Source: an uncultured Verrucomicrobiae bacterium (lineage in GTDB: Bacteria; Verrucomicrobiota; Verrucomicrobiia; Limisphaerales; Palsa-1400). From it: a stretch of 64,000 nt of DNA. The notes beneath the pieces were generated by a model that was not told where the DNA came from, ran no database searches, and was given only the letters and a program-made list of their open reading frames with translations. Positions 31,892 through 41,848 of the stretch are shown one piece after another. How positions within the stretch are numbered: the stretch's first letter is position 1; every line of letters starts with the position of its first letter. A program made the position numbers and the translations under genes. Where the stretch lies: NCBI GenBank assembly GCA_963702845.1, contig OY969763.1, forward strand, positions 5,280,001 through 5,344,000, written 5' to 3'.

Positions 31892-34800
31892 TCATTTAGA
31901 AGAAACTGGGGTGAACTCTGAAATTTTTGCAACCAACTGGCGCTCACTCCAACCGCCACCTAAGGCTTTAATCAGTTGAACGGTAGCAACTTGGCGCTGG
32001 CCGATGAGCAAGGCATTTTGGCGTTCGGATTGCAGGGCTTCGCGGCTGGCATCAACCACATCGAGGTAATTGACAATGCCGGAGCGGTAACGTTCAGTTG
32101 CCAGTTCAACGGCGCGATTGGCGTTTTTGACCGCGCGTTCCTGGGCTTCCGATTGCTGGGCTAAAAAGTGAAGGCCACTCAAGCTGTTCTCCACATCGCC
32201 GAACGCAACGAGGATGCGTTGGCGGTAGTTAGCGATCGCTTCCTGATAAACAGCTTTCGAACGTTGCAAGTTCGCGCGATTGCGGCCACCGGCAAAAATC
32301 GGCAGCGAAATGCTCGGACCGATCGACCACGTGTGGCTGTCCCAATTGAACAGCGTATTGATATCGCCGCTGAGAAAACCACCGGAGGAGGTCAGCGTGA
32401 TGACAGGAAAAAATGCAGCTTTCGCAACGCCGATGCGAGCATTGGCGGAAGCGAGAGCGCGTTCGGCTTCGGAAACGTCGGGACGACGTTCCAAAAGTTC
32501 TCCTGGCAACCCGGCGGGAATCGTGGGCGGAATCGGATGCCATTTGGGATCATTCAACGTCGCGATTTTGAAATTGGACGGATTCGAACCGCTCAAAATC
32601 GCGATCGCATTCTCCAGTTCCGCGCGACGTTTCGCGATCGCTGCGTAGTCAGCTTCAGTGGTTGCCAACTCAGTCTCTGCACGCGAGACGTCGAGTTCAT
32701 TGCCGATGCCGCCTTCAAAACGGCTCCGCACGAGTCGCACCTGCTCTTTACGCAAATCGACGGTGCCGCCAACGGTCGCCATCTCCGCATCGAGCGCGCG
32801 CAGCGTGAAATAATTTTCCGCTACGTCGGATTCGAGCGTGAGCATCACGTTGTAATAGTTCGCGAGCGCAGATTGCGCATCCGCGCGTGAGCTTTCAAAG
32901 CCACGGCGGACGCGTCCCCACAAATCGATTTCGTAACTCAGGTCGAGCGGCGTACTGAACGTATTTGCAGTGATCGCGCCAAAGCTTGGGTCTGCGTTGG
33001 GCGAATAACGTTGGCGGTTCCAACTGGGGTCCAGTGATAACGTCGGCATCAAATCGCCGCGAGCCACACGCGCGGTCGCGCGGGACTGGTCAACACGAGA
33101 CACAGCTGCACGCAGTTGTTGGTTCGCGCCGAGCGCTTTCGATTCGAGTTCGTTCAGCTTCGTATCGCCGAACACTTCCCACCAGTTACCTTTCGGCACC
33201 GTGTCGAGCGGTTGGCCTTGTTTCCAGGAACCAAGTTCTTCTGCTTTATAAGCCTGCGGCGCGGGTGTAGCCGGTTTTTTGTAATCAGGACCGACTTTGA
33301 ACCAGCCCGCGTGGGCTGACGAACTGGAGAGCATCAACGCGATGATCGCGATACCTGTCGCCGCAGCCGCGCCACCGAGAATCGGTTTGTGCGCAGGTTT
33401 GTGCGACCAGCCGAGCTTCATCAACACGACATAAAACACCGGCGTTAGGAACAGGCCGAACAACGTCACGCCAATCATTCCTGAGAATACGGCGACGCCC
33501 ATGGCCTGGCGCATTTCAGCACCGGCTCCGCGCGCGACGACGAGCGGGAATACACCCGCGATAAACGCAATGGACGTCATCAAGATCGGGCGCAAACGCA
33601 AACGGCACGCTTCGATGGCCGCATCAAATGGCGTCATGCCGTGGTCTTGTTTTTGTTTCGCAAATTCGACGATCAAAATCGCGTTCTTACACGCTAGTCC
33701 GACGAGCACGATCAAACCGATCTGCGTGAAAATGTTGTTATCACTGCCTTTGAGCCACACGCCCGCAATCGCGAACAGCAAGCACATCGGCACTATCAGG
33801 ATGATCGCGAGCGGAAGTCGCAAGCTTTCGAACTGCGCCGCGAGCACGAGGAACACCAGCAGGAGACAAAGCGGATATATATAGATCGCCGTGTTGCCCG
33901 CGAGGATTCGTTGATAGGTCAAATCCGTCCATTCGTATTGCAGCCCTTTCGGCAATTTGTCGTCCATGATTTTGCTCATGATCGCTTCGGCCTGTCCGGA
34001 ACTGTAACCGGGCGCGGGTCCGCCGTTCAGTTCGGCTGCGGGATAGCCGTTGTAACGCGTGGCCCGATCAGGACCGTGCGTTTCGTTCACGCGCACGAGC
34101 GTCCCCAACGGAACCATCTGGCCTTTTTCATTGCGGGTTTTCAGGCGCGTGATTGCTTCGGGATGTTCGCGATATTGTGAGTCCGCTTGCGCAATCACTT
34201 GATAGGTGCGGCCGAAACGATTGAAGTCATTCACGTAGAGCGATCCCAAATAGATCTGCATCGTGTCGAAAATATTCTGCAGCGGCACGCCTTGTTGTTT
34301 CGCTTTCACGCGGTCCACATCCGCATCGAGCTGCGGAACGTTGACGGTGTAAGTCGAGAACGTTCCGGCAAGTCCAGGCGTCTGATAACTTTGCCCAACG
34401 ATTTGTTGGATTGTTCCAAACAGCGCGTCGCTCCCGAGATCTGCGCGGTCTTCAATGAACAATTTAAATCCACCAATCGCGCCAATGCCCATGACAGGCG
34501 GCGGCATGACGGAGAGCACGAACGCTTCCTGGATGCTGCTGAATTTTTGGTTGAGCGCGGCCGAGATCGCCGGGCCGCTCAAGTTTTCCGTTGTTCGGTC
34601 ATCAAACGGTTTCAAACAGAAGAATACGATGCCCGCATTCGGAGCGACGCTGAATCCGCTGATGCTCAAGCCAGGGAAAGCAACGGCGCTTTCCACGCCG
34701 GGCGTTTGCAGACCAAGATCTGACATGCGACGAATGACGGCTTCAGTGCGATCCAGCGATGAACCGTCAGGCAATTGCGCGAACGCGACGAGGTATTGCT

Positions 34801-36529
34801 TGTCCTGTGTTGGCACAAAACCGGTCGGAACTTTGTTGAAGCTCCAGCCAGTGAGCACAACGAGCCCCGCGTAAACGACGAGCGCGATAGCACTTTTGCG
34901 GAGGACACTGCCCACGCCGGCAGAATATTTATCGCCAGCCCATGCAAACACTTTGTTGAACGGGCGGAAGAACCAACCAAGCACGCGGTCCATGACGCGA
35001 CCAAACCAATCTTTCGGTGCGTTGTGGTCCTTAAGCAACACTGCGCACAACGCCGGCGAAAGCGTCAGCGAATTGAAAGCGGAAATGACTGTCGAAATCG
35101 CGATCGTGATTGCGAACTGCTTATAGAATTGGCCGGTTAAACCGTTGATGAACGCCGTCGGCACGAATACCGCGCACAAAACCAGCGCCGTCGCGATAAT
35201 TGGATTCGTTACTTCGCTCATCGCGCGTTTAGCTGCATCAGTGGGCGACAACCCAAGCGCGATATTGCGCTCCACGTTTTCGACGACAACGATGGCGTCA
35301 TCGACGACAATACCAATCGCCAACACCAATCCGAACAACGTCAGGTTGTTGATCGAGAAACCAAGCCCGAGCATCACGGCGAACGTTCCAACCAGTGACA
35401 CCGGCACAGCAGCAAGCGGAATGAGCGACGCGCGCCACGTCTGCAAAAAGAGAATCACGACTAGAACAACCAGCAGCGTCGCCTCGAGCAATGTGTGGAC
35501 GACGGCCTCGATTGAGTGCCGCACGAATACAGTCGGGTCGTAAACGACGGCGTAGTCGATGCCATCAGGAAAGCCCTTCTTCAACTCGTCCATTTTCGTG
35601 CGGACATCTTCCGAGAGCTGAAGCGCGTTGGCGCCCGGCGTTTGGAAAATGGGCAACGCTACGGCGGACTTGTTGTTCAACAACGACCGCAATGCGTAAC
35701 TGCCCGCGCTCATCTCGACACGCGCCACATCCTTGAGCACCGTCTTCTCGCCGTTCGGACCGGTCTTGACGATGATTTGTCCAAATTCCTCAGGCGTAAT
35801 CAAACGGCCTTTGGTGTTGATCTGATATTCGAAATTCACCGGATTGCCGACCGGCTGTTGGCCGATCGCACCAGCGGCGACTTGCACGTTCTGCTCGCGA
35901 ATCGCGTTCACCACGTCGCTCGCCGTCAAATTGCGCGACGCGACTTTGTCCGGATTGAGCCACACGCGCATGGCGTAGTCACCAGACCCGAACACTTCCA
36001 CGTCACCCGCGCCAGGAATACGCGCAAGCGAGTCTTTCACCTGCAACGTCGCATAATTGCGCAGGTAAACTTCGTCGTAGCGTCCATTCGGCGAGAACAA
36101 ATGCACAACCATTGTCAGGTCGGGCGATTGTTTGAGCGTGGTCACACCAAGCCGGCGAACTTCTTCCGGCAACTTAGGCAACGATTGCGAGACGCGGTTC
36201 TGCACCTGCACCTGCGCTTTGTCGATGTCGGTGCCGAGTTTGAACGTGATGGTCAACGTCATCACGCCATCGCCCGTCGCCTGCGAATACATATAGAGCG
36301 AGTCCTCAACGCCGTTGATTTCCTGCTCCAATGGTGAGGCGACTGTTTCCGAAATTGTTTTCGGATTTGCGCCCGGATACATCGCGCGCACGACAATCGT
36401 CGGCGGCACAATTTCGGGATATTCACTGATCGGCAATCGCTTCACCGCGATCAAGCCGACCACGAAAATTAAAATCGACAACACACCGGCAAAGATCGGT
36501 CGTCGAATAAAGAAATGAGAAAAATTCAT
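31892..36529 (-). CDS. HAE1 RND efflux permease (MexF/OqxB-like) fused to a NodT/OprM-like outer membrane factor
   Basis: FIRRPIFA, GIVVDDAIVVVEN, KNAILIVEF, RLRPILMT; then VGPDY, WWEVFGD, EIDLWG, LERRPDV, ALGGGW in one frame. Confidence 0.92.
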   Translation of the reverse strand: MNFSHFFIRRPIFAGVLSILIFVVGLIAVKRLPISEYPEIVPPTIVVRAMYPGANPKTISETVASPLEQEINGVEDSLYMYSQATGDGVMTLTITFKLGTDIDKAQVQVQNRVSQSLPKLPEEVRRLGVTTLKQSPDLTMVVHLFSPNGRYDEVYLRNYATLQVKDSLARIPGAGDVEVFGSGDYAMRVWLNPDKVASRNLTASDVVNAIREQNVQVAAGAIGQQPVGNPVNFEYQINTKGRLITPEEFGQIIVKTGPNGEKTVLKDVARVEMSAGSYALRSLLNNKSAVALPIFQTPGANALQLSEDVRTKMDELKKGFPDGIDYAVVYDPTVFVRHSIEAVVHTLLEATLLVVLVVILFLQTWRASLIPLAAVPVSLVGTFAVMLGLGFSINNLTLFGLVLAIGIVVDDAIVVVENVERNIALGLSPTDAAKRAMSEVTNPIIATALVLCAVFVPTAFINGLTGQFYKQFAITIAISTVISAFNSLTLSPALCAVLLKDHNAPKDWFGRVMDRVLGWFFRPFNKVFAWAGDKYSAGVGSVLRKSAIALVVYAGLVVLTGWSFNKVPTGFVPTQDKQYLVAFAQLPDGSSLDRTEAVIRRMSDLGLQTPGVESAVAFPGLSISGFSVAPNAGIVFFCLKPFDDRTTENLSGPAISAALNQKFSSIQEAFVLSVMPPPVMGIGAIGGFKLFIEDRADLGSDALFGTIQQIVGQSYQTPGLAGTFSTYTVNVPQLDADVDRVKAKQQGVPLQNIFDTMQIYLGSLYVNDFNRFGRTYQVIAQADSQYREHPEAITRLKTRNEKGQMVPLGTLVRVNETHGPDRATRYNGYPAAELNGGPAPGYSSGQAEAIMSKIMDDKLPKGLQYEWTDLTYQRILAGNTAIYIYPLCLLLVFLVLAAQFESLRLPLAIILIVPMCLLFAIAGVWLKGSDNNIFTQIGLIVLVGLACKNAILIVEFAKQKQDHGMTPFDAAIEACRLRLRPILMTSIAFIAGVFPLVVARGAGAEMRQAMGVAVFSGMIGVTLFGLFLTPVFYVVLMKLGWSHKPAHKPILGGAAAATGIAIIALMLSSSSAHAGWFKVGPDYKKPATPAPQAYKAEELGSWKQGQPLDTVPKGNWWEVFGDTKLNELESKALGANQQLRAAVSRVDQSRATARVARGDLMPTLSLDPSWNRQRYSPNADPSFGAITANTFSTPLDLSYEIDLWGRVRRGFESSRADAQSALANYYNVMLTLESDVAENYFTLRALDAEMATVGGTVDLRKEQVRLVRSRFEGGIGNELDVSRAETELATTEADYAAIAKRRAELENAIAILSGSNPSNFKIATLNDPKWHPIPPTIPAGLPGELLERRPDVSEAERALASANARIGVAKAAFFPVITLTSSGGFLSGDINTLFNWDSHTWSIGPSISLPIFAGGRNRANLQRSKAVYQEAIANYRQRILVAFGDVENSLSGLHFLAQQSEAQERAVKNANRAVELATERYRSGIVNYLDVVDASREALQSERQNALLIGQRQVATVQLIKALGGGWSERQLVAKISEFTPVSSK

Positions 36530-36566
36530 GGGGTATTCAAAATCGAAGCCGAAGCTTCGGTCGTCG

Positions 36567-37745
36567 TTAGTTTCGTTTCGCGACTTTGGTTGCGTCGGTG
36601 GATTCCGCGACCTGTTCCTGCGGCGACACCGGCATGCCGGGACGCACACGTTGCAGGCCGTTTACGACGATCTTTTCGCCCGGCTGCAAACCGGCGCGAA
36701 TAACGCGCATGCCGTTGATGACTGGACCAAGCTTCACCGCGCTATAAGCAACAGTGTTCGATGGCGTCAGTGTCAGCACGTATTTCTGCGCCTGATCGGT
36801 GCCGATCGCCCGTTCGCTCACGAGCACCGCTGGATGTTTTTCGCTCAACGGCACACGAATGCGCGCAAACAATCCGGGCACAATCCGACCGTCCGCATTA
36901 TCAAACACCGCGCGCAGCAAAATGCTTCCGGTATTCGGATCGAGTTTGTTATCGAATGATTCGATATGGCCGCGATGCGCGAAACCGTCCTCGTCGCCTA
37001 ATTGCAGTTCGACCGGCACTTTGCCGTCGGCATCTAAATCGAGTTTTTTGGTCACCGCGAGGGTGTTGTATTTGAGCAATGTAGCTTCATCGACGTCCAC
37101 GTAGACGTAAACCGGGCTGACCGACACAATGGTGGTGAGCATGGTCGATGCGCCCGCGATGCCGCTGACGTAATTACCTTCCGTCAACAACGCGCGGCTG
37201 ACACGGCCATCGATCGGCGCACGAACCTGCGTGTAATCAAGGTCGAGTTTCGCGAAATCACGCGACGCTTCGGCCGAAAGCAACGCCGCTTTGGCCCCAT
37301 TGAAGCGAGCAATCCGAGCATCGGATTCTTCGGTTGAAATCGCCTTATTCTCGAGCAGTTGCGCACTGCGATCGGCTTCGCGTTTCGAATTTTCAAACTG
37401 CACTTTGGCGCGTTCGGCGTCGGCGGCGAGTTTGTCAAATTCGGCCTGGTGCCAACGCGGATCGATCACGAACAACGCGTCGCCTTTTTTAACCAACTGC
37501 CCGGACTGAAAACGGACTTCCTGGATATAGCCGGAAACGCGCGGCCGCACTTCAACGGAGCTCACCGGCTCAGTGCGTCCGGTGAATTCGTCCCATTCGA
37601 CGACTTCCTGTTGTTGAACTGGCGCGATCGTGACCGCTGGGGCCGGCATTTGTTGTTGTTGCGGCGCATGCTGGTTGCAACCTGTGACAACCGCGGCGAG
37701 TCCGCCGATGGCAATAGCTGTAGCGAGTATGAACTTTTGTTTCAT
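36567..37745 (-). CDS. RND efflux periplasmic adaptor (MFP) lipoprotein
   Basis: VTGC lipobox, EVRPRVSG, RAPIDG, PGLFAR. Confidence 0.93.
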   Translation of the reverse strand: MKQKFILATAIAIGGLAAVVTGCNQHAPQQQQMPAPAVTIAPVQQQEVVEWDEFTGRTEPVSSVEVRPRVSGYIQEVRFQSGQLVKKGDALFVIDPRWHQAEFDKLAADAERAKVQFENSKREADRSAQLLENKAISTEESDARIARFNGAKAALLSAEASRDFAKLDLDYTQVRAPIDGRVSRALLTEGNYVSGIAGASTMLTTIVSVSPVYVYVDVDEATLLKYNTLAVTKKLDLDADGKVPVELQLGDEDGFAHRGHIESFDNKLDPNTGSILLRAVFDNADGRIVPGLFARIRVPLSEKHPAVLVSERAIGTDQAQKYVLTLTPSNTVAYSAVKLGPVINGMRVIRAGLQPGEKIVVNGLQRVRPGMPVSPQEQVAESTDATKVAKRN

Positions 37746-37763
37746 GTGGTTTATAAAAATCAG

Positions 37764-38090
37764 TTAGTCGCGCGCAAAAACGTTGCGGCGTGCGTTGTTA
37801 CGGACCTGCCGCTGGTGGGCCGCCCAATTCGCGACCGAGGTCGCTTTCTCTTGTGCGAGCGTGGGGAATACGAGATATGGAAATTCCGTATCCCATGCGA
37901 TTGCTTCGGCTTCATTGACGGCCAATTGCAGCATGTGTTCGCGTCCTTTCAAGGCAGCGCTGAACTCCGCGATGACGTTGGCCTTGGCCTGTTCGATGCG
38001 GCCTAACAGTTTCTTGCACGCCGCAATGCAAATTTTGGTGAACCCACCTGTTTTCGAGGTTGTAGTTCTCGTCTGATATGTCGTTTTCAT
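37764..38090 (-). CDS. hypothetical protein (LAVNEAEAIAW..FP.L..EK motif)
   Basis: Fills the tetR-MFP gap on the same strand; helical. Confidence 0.75.
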   Translation of the reverse strand: MKTTYQTRTTTSKTGGFTKICIAACKKLLGRIEQAKANVIAEFSAALKGREHMLQLAVNEAEAIAWDTEFPYLVFPTLAQEKATSVANWAAHQRQVRNNARRNVFARD

Positions 38091-38145
38091 GAGATTTCTT
38101 TCTTCTAGTAGTCGCCTGTTTAGTCAACTAAGTCGTCAAAATTTT

Positions 38146-38760
38146 TTAAGCCGCCGCCATCGTCGCGCTCTTTACGCCGAGCAACGCCGAAATCCCGCTA
38201 AACCCGTCGCGCAGAACCTCCACCGTGTTCTGAATCCGTGCCTGGGTCATTAAGCCGTGCAGATATATCTGCAACATCCGTGCTTTCGCGTCCGCATCGG
38301 GCGCATCAATCAATCCTTCCGCATGCGCGTCGCGGATTGCTGACTCCAAATACTTCCGCTGTTGATCAAAAATCTGTTCAATCCGCTCGCGCAGTTTCTG
38401 CTCCTGCGTGCTGACTTCCGAACCCAACGTGCAGAGCGGACACCCTAGCACGGACCCGTATTTCGCCTGCATTTCAATCTGCTTTTGGTAACCGAACTCG
38501 CAATACTTGCGGATTCGGTCCAGAGGCGGGACGGTAGCTGAAAAGATTTTGTCCATCTCCACCTGTTTTTTTCCACAGCCTACATCGAGAGCGGCGACGG
38601 CCAGATCAGCCTTTGATTCGAAAAAATAATAGAAGCTGCCCTTCTTCACCTCGGCTTTATCACAAATCTGATCGATCGTGGTGCTGCCGTAGGATCCGGT
38701 CCAGATCAGTTCTAAAACCGCATCCATCAACTTCTCTTTAGCATCGCTAACTCGGCCCAT
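38146..38760 (-). CDS. TetR/AcrR-family regulator (NemR/LmrA-like)
   Basis: HTH TIDQICDKAEVKKGSFYYFFESK; GCP motif. Confidence 0.93.
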   Translation of the reverse strand: MGRVSDAKEKLMDAVLELIWTGSYGSTTIDQICDKAEVKKGSFYYFFESKADLAVAALDVGCGKKQVEMDKIFSATVPPLDRIRKYCEFGYQKQIEMQAKYGSVLGCPLCTLGSEVSTQEQKLRERIEQIFDQQRKYLESAIRDAHAEGLIDAPDADAKARMLQIYLHGLMTQARIQNTVEVLRDGFSGISALLGVKSATMAAA

Positions 38761-38766
38761 GAACGT

Positions 38767-38794
38767 AGTCTATGCAATTTGACTAAAAGGTCAA
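38767..38794 (-). promoter_or_regulatory. tetR promoter (TTGACC-16-TAGACT) overlapped by inverted repeat TTGAC-N6-GTCAA, candidate operator
   Basis: Inverted repeat at 38779-38794; the TTGACTAAA half-site recurs at 38119-38127 ahead of the efflux genes. Confidence 0.65.
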
Positions 38795-38876
38795 CAATAA
38801 TTGTGTAAAAGAGGGCAGCTTTGCTGATCAGCAGACGGAACATGCGAGAAACGAACTGTTTACAACTCGAAAAATT

Positions 38877-40070
38877 TTATAATTCTTTCGAGAAAACCAT
38901 CGTAACGCCGTTGCGCGGCATTAACAGTTGGTCGTCGCCTTTGATGACCACTTCGGCGTTGTCGGGCTGATTCCCTGGTAGATTGATTGTGTAACCGTCG
39001 CCTTCTTTCTTCCATGTGCCGGTGCCGATCGCTTGCAAACCGTTCCCGGTATCTTTTTTGATGATGAAGTTATGGTCGGTGGTCACAGTGATATTCAGGC
39101 CGGCCATCATTGGCATGAGGCTGTTGCGGAGTTTGTTGATGTTCAGCGGTGTCGGGTTCTGTAATTTTCTTTTTTCCTGCGCGAACGTGGCGTCGCGGTC
39201 AATTTTCCAAAGGCCAAGAATGGACTGCGGATCGTATTTAGCCGAGTGGCCAGTCTTTAAATATTCGCTCAAGTCGTCGAGATCGCTGCTGACGAGTTGG
39301 GTGATTTCCTGCGTAATGGCCGTATTCGTAACGAGCGCCTGCACTTTCGCGTTCTTCAGGATATCACCAATGCTGGCCTGTGATTGTATCATCTGTTGAA
39401 GCTGAACGTCGTTCCCCAGCTCTTTGAATTCCGCTCGCTCGCCTAGAGTGAGAAAGGGCGGATAGTGCGCAAGACGGCTTTCGAGAAGCGGATTGTGTAT
39501 GACGAGCCCAACGATGTCGGCGGCCTGATAGGTTTGTTTCGGAGTCGGATCATAACCCGCGAGCACATGATCAAGTTTCATGCTGTGCATTTCCTCGCGC
39601 AGCTTGGTGATGTTTTGCACCGAACTTGGGTCCTGTGCGCCTTGCGCGACTTCGGTCGTGAAATAGCCCGCAATATAAACAGGTAACATCAACAGCAGGA
39701 AATAGACAGCGCCGTTCAAGAGGCCGAGGCACAAACCGACGCGCGAATACATCCGGCTCCAACGATAGTAAGCTTTGTCGTCCTTTTTGTATTTGTAGAA
39801 GATGCTCATTTTGCGGTGCAGAACATGGCCGAGGACTTTGAAGGCAAGCAGGATGATGAGGAACGCGATCAATGCCGGGACGAAAAGCTCCCATCCCGGA
39901 TGTTGAAGACCGAGGACAGGCAGGAGTTTTTTCGTGAGCGGCGACAGTGGCACAGCGAGGAGTGATCCGAAAACCAATCCGAGCAGCGAAGCGGCTACGC
40001 GAATCGGTCCCTGATAATATCCAATGGCGCCAACAATGCCCAGGCACAGCAATGCGATTATCCAAAGCAT
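38877..40070 (-). CDS. CvpA (colicin V production)-family membrane protein with soluble C-terminal extension
   Basis: GYYQG..LLGL N-terminus; SRVGLCLGLLNG. Confidence 0.7.
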   Translation of the reverse strand: MLWIIALLCLGIVGAIGYYQGPIRVAASLLGLVFGSLLAVPLSPLTKKLLPVLGLQHPGWELFVPALIAFLIILLAFKVLGHVLHRKMSIFYKYKKDDKAYYRWSRMYSRVGLCLGLLNGAVYFLLLMLPVYIAGYFTTEVAQGAQDPSSVQNITKLREEMHSMKLDHVLAGYDPTPKQTYQAADIVGLVIHNPLLESRLAHYPPFLTLGERAEFKELGNDVQLQQMIQSQASIGDILKNAKVQALVTNTAITQEITQLVSSDLDDLSEYLKTGHSAKYDPQSILGLWKIDRDATFAQEKRKLQNPTPLNINKLRNSLMPMMAGLNITVTTDHNFIIKKDTGNGLQAIGTGTWKKEGDGYTINLPGNQPDNAEVVIKGDDQLLMPRNGVTMVFSKEL

Positions 40071-40119
40071 AAGATGGTTAAAGTAAAAGGCGCGTTGTCA
40101 AAAAGCACGCGGGAAAATG

Positions 40120-41775
40120 CTAAATGGGTTCCTCAGGGTTTTCCGCTATTTCCCCAACGGCAGGTTCGTCGGGCGATGTCGGCCTGCTGACCGATCGCGC
40201 CTGCAAGAACGTTTTCAACTCGGCCGCCGCTTTTCCGCCGAACCCGGGGACTTCCGCAATTTGCTCAACGGTGGCCAAGCGCAGGCGCTGCACCGACCCG
40301 AACTTTTTCAACAAGCGCGCTTTGCGTTGTTCGCCGATGCCGGGGAATTCGTCGAGGATGCTTTCGGAAATTTTCTTCAACCGCAGTTGCGCGTTGTAAG
40401 TGTTGGCGAAACGATGCGATTCATCGCGCACACGCTGCAAGAGTTTCAACGCGCCACAATCGTGGCTCAGCCGCAACGGCTCGCTTTGACCGGGCTGATA
40501 AATCTCCTCGAACTCCTTCGCCAAGCCAATGATCGGAATGTTTTGCAAACCGAGTTTCGCCAGTTCGGCGCAGGCCGCATTCAATTGCCCCTTGCCACCA
40601 TCAATGACAATCAGATCCGGAAATATTTTGCGAAGAGGCGCAGGCGCGGAGGCAATTGTCTTCTCCCTCTCCTCCTCGGGAGGAGGGGGCTGGGGAGAGG
40701 AGGCCTCGGCAGTGGAGACTTCACCCGGCTGTTGTTCGGTCGATTCCTTCAACAACCGCGAATACCGCCGGTGCACTGTCTCCGCCATGCACGCGAAGTC
40801 ATCCTGTCCAACCACTGTCTTCATCCGAAACCGCCGATAGTTCGACCGATCCGGTTTACCATCCCAAAAGCTAACCATCGACGCCACCGCAAACGTCCCA
40901 CTGATGTTCGAAATATCGAACCCTTCGATCCGCTCTGGATTCGCAGGCAGGTTCAACACTTTGGCGAGTTCAGCTACGTCACGATGCGGTTCGATTGCGA
41001 CTGGCAGCGTATAGGGCTGACGTTTGAAAGTGCGAATGCGCCCGGTCGTCTTTCGCAAGTCATTCAACGCATCCCGGTAATCGGCTGCTTTTTCGAAATC
41101 TTGAGCGCCAGCCGCCTTGCGCATCTGCGCCTCCAATTCCTGTTCCATTTCTTCGGTTTGGCCGGCGAGAAATTCACAGGCGGCCAGAACCTGTTGTTTG
41201 TAGGCTTCGAGTGGCACGTTGCCGATGCAGGGCGCAGTGCAATACTTGAGGTGACCGTAGAGACAATGTTTGTAGTCGTCCTCACCCGGCGTGAGCGGGC
41301 GACAGCCGCGCAAATTAAATTTGCGCCGTGCCAGCGTGAGCGTGTGGCGCGCGGCGGCTGAATGTGCGAACGGTCCAAAATATCGCGCCCCATCTTCCTG
41401 ACGCAAACGGGTCATCGTAAAGCGCGGAATCGGATCATTGAGATTCACCTTCAACAACAGGAATCGTTTATCGTCGCGAAAACTAATGTTATAGCGCGGC
41501 TGATATTCCTTAATCAGTTTGCCTTCGAGCAAAATGGCCTCGGGTTCGTTGCGGACGACGTGGACGTCGAAATCGTAAATCGAATCAACGAGCGCATTGA
41601 ACTTCAAGTCCCAACCCATACGCCGCGACGGCTGGAAATAGGTGCTGACACGCTTGCGCAAGTCGCGAGCTTTCCCGACGTAAATCACCGTCCCAAACCG
41701 ATCCTTCATCAGATAGATGCCCGGCTTGTGCGGCAGTTCACTGACTTTTTTGCGAATTAGGTCGGTCGCTGGCAC
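40120..41775 (-). CDS. uvrC: excinuclease ABC subunit C
   Basis: GIY..YVGKA..LRKRV GIY-YIG, UVR domain, EGFDIS, IDGGKGQ, RDESHRFA, HhH. Confidence 0.93.
   Translation of the reverse strand: MPATDLIRKKVSELPHKPGIYLMKDRFGTVIYVGKARDLRKRVSTYFQPSRRMGWDLKFNALVDSIYDFDVHVVRNEPEAILLEGKLIKEYQPRYNISFRDDKRFLLLKVNLNDPIPRFTMTRLRQEDGARYFGPFAHSAAARHTLTLARRKFNLRGCRPLTPGEDDYKHCLYGHLKYCTAPCIGNVPLEAYKQQVLAACEFLAGQTEEMEQELEAQMRKAAGAQDFEKAADYRDALNDLRKTTGRIRTFKRQPYTLPVAIEPHRDVAELAKVLNLPANPERIEGFDISNISGTFAVASMVSFWDGKPDRSNYRRFRMKTVVGQDDFACMAETVHRRYSRLLKESTEQQPGEVSTAEASSPQPPPPEEEREKTIASAPAPLRKIFPDLIVIDGGKGQLNAACAELAKLGLQNIPIIGLAKEFEEIYQPGQSEPLRLSHDCGALKLLQRVRDESHRFANTYNAQLRLKKISESILDEFPGIGEQRKARLLKKFGSVQRLRLATVEQIAEVPGFGGKAAAELKTFLQARSVSRPTSPDEPAVGEIAENPEEPI
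40662..40703. repeat. CCCTCTCC/GGGAGAGG-type palindromic repeat inside uvrC
   Basis: TCTCCCTCTCCTCCTCGGGAGGAGGGGGCTGGGGAGAGGAGG, translated SSPQPPPPEEERE. Confidence 0.65.
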
Positions 41776-41848
41776 GTTAAAATTTTCGCGCAAAGAAGGC
41801 GCGAGTTCAAACTTTCAACCACATTGGTCTTATGTGCAATCTTCGGTA

